Source: an uncultured Pelagibacteraceae bacterium
GTDB lineage: Bacteria; Pseudomonadota; Alphaproteobacteria; Pelagibacterales; Pelagibacteraceae
Direction of reading: 5' to 3'
Assembly (NCBI GenBank): GCA_902636025.1
Contig: CACPQG010000001.1
Location: 131,770-195,769, forward strand
Length of the DNA: 64,000 bases
This document shows, piece after piece, positions 1 through 10,981 of the stretch. Position 1 is the first letter of the stretch. The number at the start of each line of letters is the position of its first letter. Made by a program: the position numbers and the translations under genes. The notes beneath the pieces were generated by a model. It saw only the letters and a list, made by a program, of their open reading frames with translations. It did no database searches and was not told the origin of the DNA.

Positions 1-514
1 TGTGAGTTCTAAGTAAAAATTTTTTATTTTTGTCCAGATAAAAAGTGTCATGCATATCTCTTGCAGGGTGATTTTCTGGCGTATTTAAAGCTGTAAAGTT
101 ATTGTATTCATTTTCAACATCTGGTCCCTCTTCAACAGAAAAACCAATTTCTGAAAAGATAGATGATATTTCATCTATAACTTGTGAAACAGGATGAATT
201 TTTCCCCTATTAAAAGTTCTTTCAGGTAAAGTTACATCAACTCTTTCATTTTTAAGTTTTAAATTAATTTCATTTATTTCTATATCTTTTATTTTTTTTT
301 CAATTAAATTTTGTAACTGACTTTTTGTATCATTTAATTCTATTGAAATTTTTTTTCTCTCTTCAGAGTTTAAAGAACCCAATTTCTTAAATTCGATAGA
401 AATTTTTCCACTCTTTCCAAATAATTCAGATTTTAATTGGTTAATTTCTTTAAGATCAGAGACTTCTTTAAGCTTGTTAGAGTATTCTGCTTTTATTTTT
501 ATAATATCTGACAT
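1..514 (-). CDS. pheS: Phenylalanyl-tRNA synthetase alpha subunit (5' part, runs off window)
   Basis: Manual translation from ATG at 514: [11 protein letters not shown]...[24 protein letters not shown]...[30 protein letters not shown]; lies downstream of rplT. Confidence 0.96.
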   Translation of the reverse strand, partial: MSDIIKIKAEYSNKLKEVSDLKEINQLKSELFGKSGKISIEFKKLGSLNSEERKKISIELNDTKSQLQNLIEKKIKDIEINEINLKLKNERVDVTLPERTFNRGKIHPVSQVIDEISSIFSEIGFSVEEGPDVENEYNNFTALNTPENHPARDMHDTFYLDKNKKFLLRTH

Positions 515-557
515 ATTTGCAGATTATTTCTTAGTAAAAATAAAACAATAGTGAAGA

Positions 558-914
558 TTAATTTAATGCTGATTGGGCTTTTTTGACAATCGTTTTAAAG
601 GCTTCTGGGTTATCGTATGCTATTTCTGCTAGAATTTTTCTATCTAACTTTATACCTGATTTATTTAAGCCATGAATAAATCTAGAATACGTGAGACCCT
701 CTGATCTAACTCCAGCATTTATCCTTTGAATCCATAAGGATTTAAAATCTCTTTTTTTATTTCTTCGATCTCTATAAGCATATTGCATTGCTTTTTCCAT
801 AGCTTGTCTTGCAACTCTAATGGTATTTTTTCTTCTTCCCCATTGACCCTTAACAGCTTTTAGAACTTTTTTGTGTTTTGCTCTACTTGTTACACCTCTT
901 TTAACTCTAGCCAT
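558..914 (-). CDS. rplT: 50S ribosomal protein L20
   Basis: MARVKRGV...[24 protein letters not shown]. Confidence 0.98.
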   Translation of the reverse strand: MARVKRGVTSRAKHKKVLKAVKGQWGRRKNTIRVARQAMEKAMQYAYRDRRNKKRDFKSLWIQRINAGVRSEGLTYSRFIHGLNKSGIKLDRKILAEIAYDNPEAFKTIVKKAQSALN

Positions 915-915
915 T

Positions 916-1122
916 TTATCCTCTTAAATTATATGGCATATACGATTTAACAATTTTTCCATCCTGCTTTGCCATAATTGTGGTTCCTCTTTGCTTTCTT
1001 ATCTGTGAATTAGTTCTTTTAATCATGCCATGTCTCTTTCCTGCTTGAGGCATAACAACTTTTCCTCTTGCAGTTATTTTAAATCTTTTTTTTGCTGAGC
1101 TTTTAGTTTTTAATTTTGGCAT
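916..1122 (-). CDS. rpmI: 50S ribosomal protein L35
   Basis: [17 protein letters not shown]; infC-rpmI-rplT synteny. Confidence 0.98.
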   Translation of the reverse strand: MPKLKTKSSAKKRFKITARGKVVMPQAGKRHGMIKRTNSQIRKQRGTTIMAKQDGKIVKSYMPYNLRG

Positions 1123-1175
1123 ATGTGGCAGGATTTATACAAATATTAGAATTAATTTACAACCTTTATTAATGC

Positions 1176-1721
1176 CTATAACGGCTGTATTACCATTATC
1201 ATCTGTTTTCCATCAAATTTCGGTTGCAGCTCAATTTTACCTACTGAGGACATGTCAGTTTTGATTTTTTCCATTAACTCATTTCCAAGATGTGTATGTT
1301 GAAGTTCTCTACCTTTAAATCTTATAGTAAATTTTACCTTATCTCCCTTAGTAAGAAATTTTTGAGCGTTTTTAATTTTAAAAGAATAATCATGCACTTC
1401 AGTAACTGGTCTTAATTTAATCTCTTTTAGATCAACTTTTTTTTGTTTCTTTTTTGCTTTATTGGCTTTTTTTTGAGCATCATATTTATATTTTCCCATA
1501 TCCATAATTTTACAAACTGGGGGTTTAGCATTGGGAGAAATTTCTATAAGATCTAAATCTTCTTCTCGAGCAATTGAAATTGCTTCATTTGTATTTAAAA
1601 TTCCTAGATTTTCACCTGAGCTTGAAATTACCTGTACTTCTGGGGAATAGATTCTATTGTTAGCTCTTGGACCTTTATCTTTAGTCTTTCTTTGGAAATA
1701 ATTTTTTTTAATATCAGCCAC
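1176..1721 (-). CDS. infC: Translation initiation factor IF-3
   Basis: DLDLIEISPNAKPPVCKIMDMGKYKY, KVKFTIRFKGRE; non-ATG start (GTG, or in-frame ATT). Confidence 0.97.
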   Translation of the reverse strand: MADIKKNYFQRKTKDKGPRANNRIYSPEVQVISSSGENLGILNTNEAISIAREEDLDLIEISPNAKPPVCKIMDMGKYKYDAQKKANKAKKKQKKVDLKEIKLRPVTEVHDYSFKIKNAQKFLTKGDKVKFTIRFKGRELQHTHLGNELMEKIKTDMSSVGKIELQPKFDGKQMIMVIQPL

Positions 1722-3641
1722 TTAATTGAGGGATGCTTGATTTAAAGCAGAGTACTTTTTGATAAAATCTTTTAACTTCATATTTTCTTGTTTTTTATTA
1801 TCCAATTCTCTAATAGTTACACTATCGCTGTCAACTTCTTTTTTACCACAAATTAGTAAAACTGGTACTTTAGATAGTGAATGCTCTCTAATTTTGTAAT
1901 TTAAATTATGATTTTTTAAATCAACGTCACAATTTAATCCAACATTTCTGAGTTTATTAGCTACTTGCGCAGCATATTTATCAAATTCATCTGAGACAGG
2001 AATGACAACTATTTGAAGTGGACTAATCCAAAATGGAAGCTTGCCTGCGTAGTTTTCAATGAGAATTCCAATGAATCTTTCTAATGATCCAAAAAGAGCT
2101 CTATGAAGCATTACTGGTACTTTTTTTGATCCATCCTTATCAACAAATGTTGCACCCAATCTTTCAGGAAGATTCAAATCTACTTGCAAGGTTCCGCATT
2201 GCCAGTCTCTTCCTATTGCATCTCTTAAAACAAATTCAATTTTAGGTCCATAAAATGCACCTTCGCCTTTATTAATCGTGTATTCTAATTTTGTTGCTTT
2301 CACTGCTTTTAATAATGCAGCTTCAGATTTATCCCAAACTTTATCATCTCCGACTCTTATCTCAGGTCTGTCAGAATATTTTAATATAACATTTTTAAAG
2401 CCTAAATCTTTGTAAATATCTAATATTAAATTTGTTACACTTAAAGATTCTTCTGTAATTTGTTCCTCTGTACAAAAAATATGAGCATCGTCTTGGGTAA
2501 ATGCTCTTACTCTCATAAGTCCATGTAAAGCTCCCGAGGGTTCATATCTGTGAACTTTTCCAAATTCGGACATTTTTAAAGGTAAATCTCTATAACTTTT
2601 TAGTCCCTGGTTAAAAACCTGCACACATCCTGGACAATTCATTGGTTTAATTGCAAATACTTTTTCATCAGGAGTAGTAGATGTATACATGTGTTCTCCA
2701 AATTTATCCCAATGACCAGACTTTTCCCAAAGTGACCTGTCTAAAATTTCAGGTGTATTTATCTCTTTATAACCAGCTTTTTTTTGCCTATCTCTCATAT
2801 AATCAACGAGTTTTTGAAAAAGACTCCATCCCTTTTCATGCCAGAAAACTGAGCCTGGACTTTCTTCTCTGAAATGAAAAAGATCCATTTCTTTCCCAAG
2901 CTTTCTATGATCTCTTTTTTCAGCCTCTTCTATTCTTGTTAAGTAAGCATCTAAATCTTTTTGATTAGCCCAGCTAGTACCATAAATCCTTTGAAGCATT
3001 TCATTTTTTGAGTCACCACGCCAGTATGCTCCTGAGACTTTTGTTAATTTAAATGCTTTTCCAATTTTTCCAGAAGATACCAAATGAGGACCTCTGCACA
3101 AATCATGCCAAGTATCACCATGATGATAAATTGAAAGTTCTTCATTTTTTGGAATGCTCTCAATTATTTCAGCTTTATATTTTTCACCAATTTTTTTGAA
3201 ATGATTTATAGCCTTTTCTCTTTGCCAAACTTCTTTTCTTGTTTTCACATCTTTATCTATTATCTCTGACATTCTTTTTTCAATTTTTTTCAGATCTTCG
3301 CTAGTAAAAGGTTCCTTTCTAGCAAAATCATAGTAAAAACCATTTTCGATTACTGGACCTATGGTAACCTGTGTTCCTGGATATAATTCTTGAACAGCCA
3401 TAGCCATTATGTGAGCAGCGTCATGTCTAATTACTTCTAATCCCTCAGGATCTTTAGCGGTAAAAATTTTTACTGAACTGTCTTCTTTAATTACATGATA
3501 TAAATCTTTAAGTTTTCCATTTACACTCATAATTAAAGCTTGCTTCGCTAAGGATTTACTAATTTTTTCCACAATTTCTGAACCAGTTACAGGCTTGTCA
3601 AACTTAATTGTCTTTCCATCAGGAAGTGTAATATTTGTCAT
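1722..3641 (-). CDS. thrS: Threonyl-tRNA synthetase
   Basis: TGS N-terminus, DLCRGPH, KPMNCPG, GEGAFYGPK, HRALFGSLERF. Confidence 0.98.
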   Translation of the reverse strand: MTNITLPDGKTIKFDKPVTGSEIVEKISKSLAKQALIMSVNGKLKDLYHVIKEDSSVKIFTAKDPEGLEVIRHDAAHIMAMAVQELYPGTQVTIGPVIENGFYYDFARKEPFTSEDLKKIEKRMSEIIDKDVKTRKEVWQREKAINHFKKIGEKYKAEIIESIPKNEELSIYHHGDTWHDLCRGPHLVSSGKIGKAFKLTKVSGAYWRGDSKNEMLQRIYGTSWANQKDLDAYLTRIEEAEKRDHRKLGKEMDLFHFREESPGSVFWHEKGWSLFQKLVDYMRDRQKKAGYKEINTPEILDRSLWEKSGHWDKFGEHMYTSTTPDEKVFAIKPMNCPGCVQVFNQGLKSYRDLPLKMSEFGKVHRYEPSGALHGLMRVRAFTQDDAHIFCTEEQITEESLSVTNLILDIYKDLGFKNVILKYSDRPEIRVGDDKVWDKSEAALLKAVKATKLEYTINKGEGAFYGPKIEFVLRDAIGRDWQCGTLQVDLNLPERLGATFVDKDGSKKVPVMLHRALFGSLERFIGILIENYAGKLPFWISPLQIVVIPVSDEFDKYAAQVANKLRNVGLNCDVDLKNHNLNYKIREHSLSKVPVLLICGKKEVDSDSVTIRELDNKKQENMKLKDFIKKYSALNQASLN

Positions 3642-4795
3642 TAGTTAAATAATTTTTTGTATTCTGAATAAGTATTTAAACACATTTTTTCAATATTAAA
3701 TCTATTTATAACATTCTTTCTACCTTCTTTACCCATTAATTCCAGAGTTAAAGTGTCAAGATTTATAATCTCTTCAATTTTTTTTGATAACGAGTCCGCA
3801 TTACCACTTTCAAATAAAATGCCAGTCTTATTATTTATTATAGTTTCATTTGAACCACCTATGTCGCTAGCAATTATAGGTTTTTTCATAGATTGGGCTT
3901 CTACTGAAACTCTACCAAAAGCCTCGGGCTCTATTGAGGATGAAACTATAATATCCGCCAACATATAAGCAGCTGGCATGTATTCACATTTTTCTATGAA
4001 TCTAAAATTATTAGTTAAATCGTATTGTTCAACTAGTCTTTCAAGCTTTTTTTTATATACAGTTCTGCCTTGATCATTGCCCAGAATAACGGCTGTGAAG
4101 TTTAGGTCTGAATTTAATTTTTTGAATTTATTAATTGCCTCAATAAATAACTCTTGTCCTTTCCATGATGTTAATCTGCCTGGTAAAAGAATTACTTTAC
4201 TATTCTCTTCTATTTGCCAAAGAGTTTTTAGTTTGTTAACACTGTTTTTCTTTAAATTATCTGGATCAAAATATTCAGTATTTATACCCCTGAATATCAC
4301 AAGGAATTTTTTTTTTGGACTCAGATATTTTTGATAATTATCGTTTATATGTGAAAAAATAAAATTTGATCCAGCAATTAATAAGTCTGACTTTACCATT
4401 ATAGAATTATAAAATTTTTTAATATTCGAGTTAAAGTTATAAGTCCCATGAAAAGTTGTAACAAGTTTTCTGAAAGTGATCTTTGTTGCAATCAAACAAG
4501 ACCAGGCTGGCGCCCTACTTCTAACATGAACAATATTAATATTAAGGAATAAAATTATAAAACTGATAAAAAAACTGTTTAATAATATTAATAATGGATT
4601 TTTAGAGTTCACTGGTAGTTTTATTATCTTCACTTTTTTCTTATCAACGTATTTTAAAAGTTCCCCACCACTCGTAGCTATATAAGACTTACAATTTTGT
4701 TCATAAAGATAGTGTGCTAAGTCGTAACAACCAGTTTCAGCACCTCCAAAGCCCAATTTTGGTATAACTTGCAAAACTTTTATTTTAGATGACAT
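3641..4795 (-). CDS. GT4 family glycosyltransferase
   Basis: GGAE N-terminal motif, HVRSRAPAW, EAFGRVSVEAQ (EX7E). Confidence 0.9.
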   Translation of the reverse strand: MSSKIKVLQVIPKLGFGGAETGCYDLAHYLYEQNCKSYIATSGGELLKYVDKKKVKIIKLPVNSKNPLLILLNSFFISFIILFLNINIVHVRSRAPAWSCLIATKITFRKLVTTFHGTYNFNSNIKKFYNSIMVKSDLLIAGSNFIFSHINDNYQKYLSPKKKFLVIFRGINTEYFDPDNLKKNSVNKLKTLWQIEENSKVILLPGRLTSWKGQELFIEAINKFKKLNSDLNFTAVILGNDQGRTVYKKKLERLVEQYDLTNNFRFIEKCEYMPAAYMLADIIVSSSIEPEAFGRVSVEAQSMKKPIIASDIGGSNETIINNKTGILFESGNADSLSKKIEEIINLDTLTLELMGKEGRKNVINRFNIEKMCLNTYSEYKKLFN

Positions 4796-4837
4796 TCTCT
4801 AATGTTATATATTAAGAAATTACTCTAATAAACTTTT

Positions 4838-5602
4838 ATGACTAAATTTAAATACCTCAAAATTAAGAATAATCGAAAAATAAGATATTTAAGTAATAAT
4901 TATACAAATAATCTTCACGTTGTTTTCTTACACGGTTTTATGTCAGACGTTGAGGGAGATAAACCTAAAACTTTTTTTAGTTTCTGTAATAGAAATAAAA
5001 TTGGATTTTTAGCAGTCGAATATTCTGGACATGGAAAATCATCTGGTGAGTTTACGAGAGGAAATATTAGCAAATGGACTAACGATACCAAGTTGGCTAT
5101 CAAAAAATTGGTTAAAAAAAACGATTTTATACTAATCGGTTCAAGCATGGGTTCTTGGATTTCTATAAACCAATTTAAATTTTTCTCAAAACAAATTAAA
5201 GGATTTATTGGTATTGGTTCTGCACCTGAGTTTTTAGAAAGAGTCATGTGGAAAAAATTCTCTAGGAAAATGAAAAGAGAAACTATCAAAAATGGAGTTT
5301 ATCATTTAAAACATGGCGAATATGAGTATCCTATTACTTTTCAACTTATTAAAGATGGGAGAAAAAACAAGGTATTACATAAAAGAATAAATTTAAAAAT
5401 ACCAGTTACATTATTTCACGGTAAAAAGGATGATACAGTTCCAGTGGTTTACTCTCGTAAACTCCTTAAAATTTTTAAGTTTGCTCAAAAAAAAATAATC
5501 GTCATAAAAAATGGTGATCATAGCCTTTTTAAAAAACAGTTTAAGTTAAAAATTTTAAAAGAGTTAAAAAATATTATTAATAATTACAAAAATTCTAATT
5601 AG
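4838..5602 (+). CDS. Alpha/beta hydrolase (ABHD10-like)
   Basis: HGFMSD, GSSMG nucleophile elbow, HGKKDDTV, GDH. Confidence 0.88.
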   Translation: MTKFKYLKIKNNRKIRYLSNNYTNNLHVVFLHGFMSDVEGDKPKTFFSFCNRNKIGFLAVEYSGHGKSSGEFTRGNISKWTNDTKLAIKKLVKKNDFILIGSSMGSWISINQFKFFSKQIKGFIGIGSAPEFLERVMWKKFSRKMKRETIKNGVYHLKHGEYEYPITFQLIKDGRKNKVLHKRINLKIPVTLFHGKKDDTVPVVYSRKLLKIFKFAQKKIIVIKNGDHSLFKKQFKLKILKELKNIINNYKNSN

Positions 5603-6474
5603 GTAATTTTTTTATTTATATAGTTTAAACCTTCAACATATGTAGGAAATTTAAAGCTATACTTAAAAAATTCTTTTGCTTTTTTGTTACTCACCTTTTT
5701 TGAGTCATTGTAGAAAGCTTTTAACATTTCGCTTTCAATTTGATCTAGCTTTTTTTCTTTTGGTTCGGGTAAATTTAGAATTTTCGCACCATATTGCATC
5801 ACGTCTTCAGAAGATGCGGGCTTATCATCTGAGATATTGTAAACTTCCCCTTTTTTAAATTTATTAAGTGATATAAATAATAAGTCTGCAATATCTTCTA
5901 CATGTATTCTTGAAAAAAATTGATTTTTTTTTCTTATAATGCTTCCGTTACCAGATTTAATTCTCTCTAAAACATTGTTCTCATTTGAGTAGATCCCGGA
6001 CAATCTAAAAATTTGAAGCGGTATTTTGTGTTCTTCATACATTTTAAGCCAATCATTCTCTACTGCTAATCTTTCAATGCCATTTTTAGATTTCGGTAAA
6101 GTTTCACTTTTTTCATCTACCCACTCTCCCTTGTGATCCCCATAAACACTTGTTGCTGATAAATATGTTATCCACTTGATATTTTGATTGAGAAGTTCTT
6201 TTGAAAAATATTTTAAAACTAAATCTATTTTATCTTTTGGGGGTATAGATATAAGTATGTGATCAGAATTATTTAATTTTTTTTGAATATTTATATCTAT
6301 TTTTTCGTTGTTAAATTCAAAATTTGAAACTTTTTGACCTAAGAATTCGATATCACCACTTGCCTGTCTCGTTGTTATTGAGATATTTAATTTATATTTT
6401 CCTGAAAGAAGTTTTTTAGTAAATTCTTTAGCAACTTGTCCAAATCCAAAAAAAAAAATATTAAGTTCTTTCAA
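5599..6474 (-). CDS. NAD-dependent epimerase/SDR (YeeZ-like)
   Basis: GFGQVA Rossmann start, YLSATSVYGDHKGEWVDE, FSRIHVEDI; TTG start. Confidence 0.85.
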   Translation of the reverse strand: MKELNIFFFGFGQVAKEFTKKLLSGKYKLNISITTRQASGDIEFLGQKVSNFEFNNEKIDINIQKKLNNSDHILISIPPKDKIDLVLKYFSKELLNQNIKWITYLSATSVYGDHKGEWVDEKSETLPKSKNGIERLAVENDWLKMYEEHKIPLQIFRLSGIYSNENNVLERIKSGNGSIIRKKNQFFSRIHVEDIADLLFISLNKFKKGEVYNISDDKPASSEDVMQYGAKILNLPEPKEKKLDQIESEMLKAFYNDSKKVSNKKAKEFFKYSFKFPTYVEGLNYINKKIT

Positions 6475-6475
6475 T

Positions 6476-9400
6476 TTAACTTACTTCTTTTACCATTGAT
6501 TTTGTTGAAATAGGATTTTCTAGTTTATCCAACATTTCTTTAGGACAAACTTGTAGAAAATTATTTAATTCATTTTCGAAATTATTTAAAATATTTTTAG
6601 AAATTTCAGATCCAGTATATTTAACATGTTGTTTTATTAGAGATTTTAAATAATCTTTCCAGTAATCCGTTTCTGGAATTTGCCATACTACTGTTTCAGG
6701 ATTAACTTTTTTGCTAAATAATTTATTTTTATCATAAACAAATCCCATTCCTCCTGTCATCCCTGCAGCAAAGTTATCACCAACTTCGCCTAAAATTACA
6801 ACAGTTCCACCAGTCATATACTCACAACCATTTGAGTCGCATCCTTCAATTACAGAAATGGCTCCAGAGTTTCTAACCGCAAACCTTTCTCCTGCTTTAC
6901 CGGAAGCATATAATTGACCGGAGGTAGCTCCATATAAAACTGTATTTCCTATAATAGTATTTTCAGAAGAATTTAGGTTACTTTCTTCAGAGAGTTTAAT
7001 TGAAACTATTGCTCCTGATAAACCCTTGCCAACATAATCATTTGCATCACCTTTCAAATTTAAAGTTAGACCTTTTCCTCCAAATGCACCAAAAGATTGC
7101 CCAGCTGATCCAACAAAATTTAGATTTAAAAAATTATCTTCTAATTTTTCATAACCAAATTTTTTATATAAATTATGCGAAATTCTTGTACCCACAGCTC
7201 TATGTGTATTTTTGATTTCAAATACTTCATCTATTTTCTCATTTTTGTCGATTTTCTTTTCAATTGATGGCCATATTTCTTGATCAAGAGTATCAGGAAC
7301 AAAATTTATTGATTGGTTTTCACAATAACGTTTATTTTCTCCACTATCTGCTTGAACAAATAAAGGATTTAAATCTAAATCGTCCAAATTTGGTGATCCT
7401 TTACTTACTTGTCTTAATAAGTCAGTCCTTCCAATTATTTCATTAATCGATTTAAATCCTAATTCGGCTAATATCTCCCTAACTTCGTTAGCTATAAAAG
7501 TAAACAAATTTACCACTTTGTCGGGTGTACCACTAAATTTTTCTCTTAATTTATCATCCTGGGTACAAACACCTACTGGACAAGTATTAGAATGACATTG
7601 ACGTACCATAATACAACCCATTGCTACTAAAGCAGTAGTTGCTACGCCATATTCTTCGGCTCCCATCATGGCTGCAATTACAACATCTCTTCCAGTTTTA
7701 ATTCCACCATCAGTTCTAAGTGTTACAGAGTCTCTTAAATTATTTAATGTTAAGACTTGATTAGCCTCCGTTAATCCCATTTCCCATGGTATTCCAACAT
7801 ATTTAACACTTGTTTGTGGAGATGCTCCAGTACCTCCATTGTGACCAGAAATTAAAATTATATCTGCTTTTGCTTTTGCTACACCAGCTGCGATTGTTCC
7901 TATTCCTGATGAAGCTACGAGTTTTACGCCGACTCTTGCTTTAGGATTGATTTGTTTTAGGTCGTAAATTAATTGTGCGAGATCTTCAATTGAATAAATA
8001 TCGTGATGCGGAGGAGGAGAAATCAAAGTTACTCCTGGAGTCGAATGTCTTAATCTGGCGATTTCCTCCGATACTTTAAACCCTGGTAATTGACCTCCCT
8101 CACCTGGTTTTGCGCCTTGTGCAATTTTGATCTCAATTTCGTTACAATTATTTAAGTAATTTATTGTTACACCAAATCTCGCAGAAGCTATTTGTTTTAC
8201 TCTTGAGTTTGCACTATCTCCATTATCCATTTTTTTAAATCTTACCTCGTCTTCGCCACCCTCACCGCTACATGATGCACCCTTAATACGATTCATTCCT
8301 ATTGCTAGCGTTTCATGCGCTTCTTTTGAAAGAGCTCCATGAGACATGCTTCCGCTTCCAAATCTTTTAAGTATATTTTCTACTGGCTCAACTTCTGAAA
8401 TATCTATTGGTTTGTTTAAATATCTTTTTCTAAAATCAATAAGATCTCTCAAATTTATTGGTGGCAAATTATATATTCCTTCGGCATACTTTTTGTAAGC
8501 TTCATAAGAGCCTGAAGCAACAGCGCTTTGTAATAAATGTATTAATTTACCTTGGTACTGATGAACTTCACCATTTTTTCTGTAACGATAAATACCTCCG
8601 ATTGGCAGCACTTTATCCTCATTGGTAAATGCTTTTTCATGTATCAATCTTAATTTTTTTTCAATACCACTTAAGCCAATCCCTGAAATTTTAGAAATTA
8701 CCCCTGGAAAATATTCGGAAACAACTGTTCTACTCAAACCAACAGTTTCAAAGTTACATCCACCTCTATAAGAACTAATTACTGAAATACCCATTTTAGA
8801 CATTATCTTTAAGAGTCCACTATTTACAGATTTTATATATCTACTGACACATTCCTCGTATTGAAATTTACCAAAAAGTTTTTTCTCAAATCTTTGATAT
8901 AATCCGTCTAATGCAAGATAAGGATTTACAGTTGTAGCACCTACTCCAATAAGTGTTGCGAATGAATGTGTATCCATAGCTTCGCCTGATTGAACATTTA
9001 TTGAAACATACCCTCTCAATTTATGTTTTATTAAATAAGTATTTACAGCACCAACTGCTAACAACATTGGTACTGGCAATCTACCATCTGAAATATTTTT
9101 GTCTGATAAAACTATTTGTGTTGATCCTTGTCGTACAGCAATCTCCGAATCTTTTCTTATTCTTTCTAGTACAACATCTAGACTTTCATCCTTTTTAAAT
9201 GTGCAATCTATTAATTTTATTTTTTTTTTAAAAAAATTATTAAATTTTAAAAACTGGGAATTTGATAAAATAGGACTATTTAATACATAAATATTATCCT
9301 TTGTTAAATTATCAAAATTTAAAATATTACCCAAGTTTCCAAATCTAGTTTTTAGACTCATAACTTTATTTTCTCGTAATGAATCAATTGGTGGATTTGT

Positions 9401-10981
9401 AACTTGGCTAAAATTTTGTCTAAAGAAATGATATAAAGGTCTATATTTATCTGATAGCACAGCTAACGGTGTGTCATCACCCATAGAGCCTGTTGCTTCT
9501 TTCGAGTCTTCTGCCATGGGGTGTAAAATTAACTCTAAATCCTCTAGACTTATTCCAAATGCATACTGTCTTTTTTTTAGTTCATCTCCTGTAAAAAACG
9601 GTTTTTCCTCGGCCATGGCTAATTTTTTATCTAGATCAACAATTTGATTATTAAAATGTTTATAATCTTTAGCTAAATAATTTTTAATTTTTTCGTTTGT
9701 AAATAATTTACCTTTTTCAATTCTTACTCCTATTATTTCACCTGGTCCTAATCTTCCTTTGGTTACTATTTTCTTTTCATCAATATTTATCATTCCAGTT
9801 TCTGAGCCTGCGAACAAAAAGTTATCTTTGGTTACTGTATATCTTAGTGGTCTAAGACCATTCCTGTCTGTGGCAGCAATAACCCATTCATTATCTGTAG
9901 CTGCTATTGCTGCGGGTCCATCCCAGGGCTCCATTGTACTGTTAAGAAAGTTAAATAATCTTTGATGATCTTTTGGAAGCACTTCGCTTTTTTTTGACCA
10001 TGCGTCAGGTATCAACATAAGTTTCGCTAAAGGGGCTGGTTGTCCAGAAATATTTAATAATTCAAATACATTATCCAAAGATGCTGAATCAGAGTTTCCT
10101 GGTAAAATTACAGGTTTTAAGTTTTCAACATCCTCAAATACCTCGCTGGACATTTCTTGTTCGTGGACTTTCATCCAATTAACATTTCCTTTAAGAGTAT
10201 TTATTTCACCGTTGTGAGCTAAAGATCTAAAAGGTTGAGCAAGATCCCAGCTTGGAGCTGTATTTGTTGAAAATCTTTGATGAAAAATTGCATACCTAGA
10301 AATAAATCTTTCGTCTACTAAATCGGTGTAAAAATCAGCTAATGCCTCTGCTAAAAACATACCTTTATAAATAATGGATTTAGAACTGAAGGAACAAATA
10401 TAAAAATTATCTAAATGATTTTGTCTTACATTATTCTCTATTTTTCTTCTTGTCTCATAAAGCTTTATTTCTAATGATTTGCCAGATAATTTTTGATTGT
10501 TATGTCGAAATAGAACTTGAGTGATTTCAGGTCTAGTTTGTTCTGCTTTTTCTCCTAAAACTTTTGTATTAACTGGAACTTGTCTCCAACCATAAATATT
10601 AAAATCATTCTGAGTCAGTTCTTTTTCTACCAACGTTCGACAACTTTCTTGTGCCTCATAATTATTTCTTGGTAAAAATATCATACCAATACAAATTTCA
10701 GAATTATCATAGACGTGTCCCGTTACCTCTATTTTTTCTTTGAAGAATTCTTTTGGGATTTCAACGTGAATACCGGCTCCGTCTCCTGTTTTACCATCGG
10801 CATCTACAGCACCTCTGTGCCATACGGCCTTTAAAGCCTGAATTCCATATTCTACTACCTCTCTTGATTTTTTTCCTTCGGTCGACGCGACTAGACCTAC
10901 TCCACACGCATCATGCTCCATATCCTTTGAGTAAACATTATTTCTTTCAAGTAATTTTTTATTTTTAAAATATCTTTGCAT
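6476..10981 (-). CDS. gltB: Glutamate synthase large subunit
   Basis: EHDACGVG (Ntn Cys), HQRFSTNT, AQGAKPGEGGQLPG, CIMVRQCHSNTC. Confidence 0.98.
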   Translation of the reverse strand: MQRYFKNKKLLERNNVYSKDMEHDACGVGLVASTEGKKSREVVEYGIQALKAVWHRGAVDADGKTGDGAGIHVEIPKEFFKEKIEVTGHVYDNSEICIGMIFLPRNNYEAQESCRTLVEKELTQNDFNIYGWRQVPVNTKVLGEKAEQTRPEITQVLFRHNNQKLSGKSLEIKLYETRRKIENNVRQNHLDNFYICSFSSKSIIYKGMFLAEALADFYTDLVDERFISRYAIFHQRFSTNTAPSWDLAQPFRSLAHNGEINTLKGNVNWMKVHEQEMSSEVFEDVENLKPVILPGNSDSASLDNVFELLNISGQPAPLAKLMLIPDAWSKKSEVLPKDHQRLFNFLNSTMEPWDGPAAIAATDNEWVIAATDRNGLRPLRYTVTKDNFLFAGSETGMINIDEKKIVTKGRLGPGEIIGVRIEKGKLFTNEKIKNYLAKDYKHFNNQIVDLDKKLAMAEEKPFFTGDELKKRQYAFGISLEDLELILHPMAEDSKEATGSMGDDTPLAVLSDKYRPLYHFFRQNFSQVTNPPIDSLRENKVMSLKTRFGNLGNILNFDNLTKDNIYVLNSPILSNSQFLKFNNFFKKKIKLIDCTFKKDESLDVVLERIRKDSEIAVRQGSTQIVLSDKNISDGRLPVPMLLAVGAVNTYLIKHKLRGYVSINVQSGEAMDTHSFATLIGVGATTVNPYLALDGLYQRFEKKLFGKFQYEECVSRYIKSVNSGLLKIMSKMGISVISSYRGGCNFETVGLSRTVVSEYFPGVISKISGIGLSGIEKKLRLIHEKAFTNEDKVLPIGGIYRYRKNGEVHQYQGKLIHLLQSAVASGSYEAYKKYAEGIYNLPPINLRDLIDFRKRYLNKPIDISEVEPVENILKRFGSGSMSHGALSKEAHETLAIGMNRIKGASCSGEGGEDEVRFKKMDNGDSANSRVKQIASARFGVTINYLNNCNEIEIKIAQGAKPGEGGQLPGFKVSEEIARLRHSTPGVTLISPPPHHDIYSIEDLAQLIYDLKQINPKARVGVKLVASSGIGTIAAGVAKAKADIILISGHNGGTGASPQTSVKYVGIPWEMGLTEANQVLTLNNLRDSVTLRTDGGIKTGRDVVIAAMMGAEEYGVATTALVAMGCIMVRQCHSNTCPVGVCTQDDKLREKFSGTPDKVVNLFTFIANEVREILAELGFKSINEIIGRTDLLRQVSKGSPNLDDLDLNPLFVQADSGENKRYCENQSINFVPDTLDQEIWPSIEKKIDKNEKIDEVFEIKNTHRAVGTRISHNLYKKFGYEKLEDNFLNLNFVGSAGQSFGAFGGKGLTLNLKGDANDYVGKGLSGAIVSIKLSEESNLNSSENTIIGNTVLYGATSGQLYASGKAGERFAVRNSGAISVIEGCDSNGCEYMTGGTVVILGEVGDNFAAGMTGGMGFVYDKNKLFSKKVNPETVVWQIPETDYWKDYLKSLIKQHVKYTGSEISKNILNNFENELNNFLQVCPKEMLDKLENPISTKSMVKEVS

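Noticed and set aside
6448-6458. Long A/T homopolymers as contingency loci
   Set aside because: Such tracts are common throughout this AT-rich window and the reading frames are intact.
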